This document shows positions 24,006-25,107 of a DNA stretch of 25,107 bases, piece by piece. Made by a program: the position numbers and the translations under genes. Position 1 is the stretch's first letter. Every line of letters starts with the position of its first letter. The notes beneath the pieces were generated by a model. The model was not told the DNA's origin and ran no database searches. It saw only the letters and a program-made list of their open reading frames with translations. The DNA is from a virus. Lineage: Duplodnaviria; Caudoviricetes. The stretch spans positions 1 to 25,107 of the IMG/VR virus record IMGVR_UViG_3300020314_000033; one strand, given 5' to 3'.

Positions 24006-25107
24006 AATATACTCTGTCGCATTAAACTTACATGATCATAATACTTACGATGGTACTTTCCATAATCAAAGAGAAAGACATACTAGATTTAAACATAATC
24101 TACCATACAAGGCAGAGGCATATGCTCATCAATCAGATATTCTAAATCCTGGTGATTATAGATTGAACGATGAGTTTGTCAAAGAGTATTTTAAAAGAGA
24201 TGATAGAGTATTTGCATTTACTTACACATATGGTGGTATTCGAAAATGTAAAGATGAATTGTTTAGTACAATTCTAAAAGGGCATGATGAAATATTAGAT
24301 TGGGAACCTAAGAAGTTATTAGATCACTATTATAAAGATGGTGTTTATTATATTGATCATCATCAATCTCATGCCATGTATGCATTTATTAATTCGCAGT
24401 ATGAACAAAGCGATATCTTAGCAATCGATGGTATTGGTTCAAAGTATAGATGTTTATTCTTTGACAAAGATCAAAACGCAATTGACTTATCAGACAAACT
24501 ACCGATTGGTTGGTTATGGAATCACATGTCTAATCTCACAGGTTTTGGTACACTAGGTGCAAGTAAACTTATGGGTCTAGTTGGGTATGGTAAGTTTGAA
24601 CAATACTTCTATGATATATTTGAATTATTAACTAGTGGTCCAATCATTGAAAAGAAACAAGAGATACATCAATTAATTGATATTCACAAATATGGTAAAG
24701 AAAACTTAGCACATACTTTACAGAAATGGACAGAGGATAAAATCAAAGAGCATGTTTATCCATTGAAGACTTGTGACAATCTATGTATTGCAGGTGGTGT
24801 CGCATACAATGGTTATATGAATGAGATGTTTACTTATCACTATGATAATGTTTTTGTGCCACCAGCAGTTGGTGATGAAGGACAAGCATTAGGTACATAT
24901 CAACATGCAGACTATGTGTTGAATAATAATAAACATTTAACAAATACGTATGCAGGTATCTATCATGGTTTCATTGCAAACGAAAAAGTAGATTATAAAG
25001 AAGTTGCACAAGCAATCGCAGACGGAAAGATTGTTGGTTGGTTTCAAGGTAGATCAGAAAGTGGTAATCGTGCATTAGGTAATAGATCAATACTTGCAGA
25101 CCCACGT
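23998..25107 (+). CDS. Carbamoyltransferase, NodU/CmcH/TobZ family (runs off the right edge; not in ORF track)
   Basis: ATG 23998 opens a frame to the window end: LHDHN, ERHTRFKH, IDHHQSHA, AIDGIG, KLMGLVGYG, LCIAGGVAYNG, VPPAVGDEGQALG, GWFQGRSESGNRALGNRSILADPR. Confidence 0.95.
   Translation, partial: MNKIYSVALNLHDHNTYDGTFHNQRERHTRFKHNLPYKAEAYAHQSDILNPGDYRLNDEFVKEYFKRDDRVFAFTYTYGGIRKCKDELFSTILKGHDEILDWEPKKLLDHYYKDGVYYIDHHQSHAMYAFINSQYEQSDILAIDGIGSKYRCLFFDKDQNAIDLSDKLPIGWLWNHMSNLTGFGTLGASKLMGLVGYGKFEQYFYDIFELLTSGPIIEKKQEIHQLIDIHKYGKENLAHTLQKWTEDKIKEHVYPLKTCDNLCIAGGVAYNGYMNEMFTYHYDNVFVPPAVGDEGQALGTYQHADYVLNNNKHLTNTYAGIYHGFIANEKVDYKEVAQAIADGKIVGWFQGRSESGNRALGNRSILADPR

Noticed and set aside
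1-25107. tRNA, rRNA, CRISPR array, intrinsic terminators, integrase/transposase, introns or inteins
   Set aside because: Intergenic gaps are at most 65 bp, and I saw no GC-rich hairpin plus U-tract, spaced repeats or relevant protein motifs by eye.
1-25107. Cellular (bacterial) secondary-metabolite cluster
   Set aside because: T4-type late promoters, tail fibre genes, phage-type mazG, and absence of transporters or regulators indicate a phage genome.

Overview
AT-rich, gene-dense segment of a T4-like (myovirus) bacteriophage genome. It is probably marine and pelagiphage/cyanophage-like, inferred from fibre-protein motifs, T4-type late promoter boxes and base composition. The left 3.65 kb (minus strand) encodes tail-fibre/virion proteins. 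The remaining ~21.4 kb is a cluster of about 30 almost gap-free genes, mostly tailoring enzymes, transcribed divergently from a 65-bp control region (12244-12308). The leftward arm is 14 overlapping genes: nitroreductase, minimal SDR, three HxD Fe/2OG oxygenases, two TauD-like enzymes with a non-canonical H-x-N metal motif, desaturase, PLP enzyme, FMN reductase, peroxiredoxin, methyltransferase, GNAT-like protein and a 48-aa ORF. It runs straight into the fibre genes. The rightward arm has a GT-like protein, five radical SAM enzymes, two stand-alone SPASM/twitch proteins, MazG, a QueC-like PP-loop enzyme, a second nitroreductase, two SGNH-like proteins, a DegT aminotransferase and a NodU/CmcH carbamoyltransferase cut by the window edge. 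It reads as a phage-encoded biosynthetic/modification island of unknown substrate, and many families occur as diverged paralog pairs. All family calls come from motif recognition by eye; no searches were run. No RNA genes, CRISPR arrays or mobile elements were seen.
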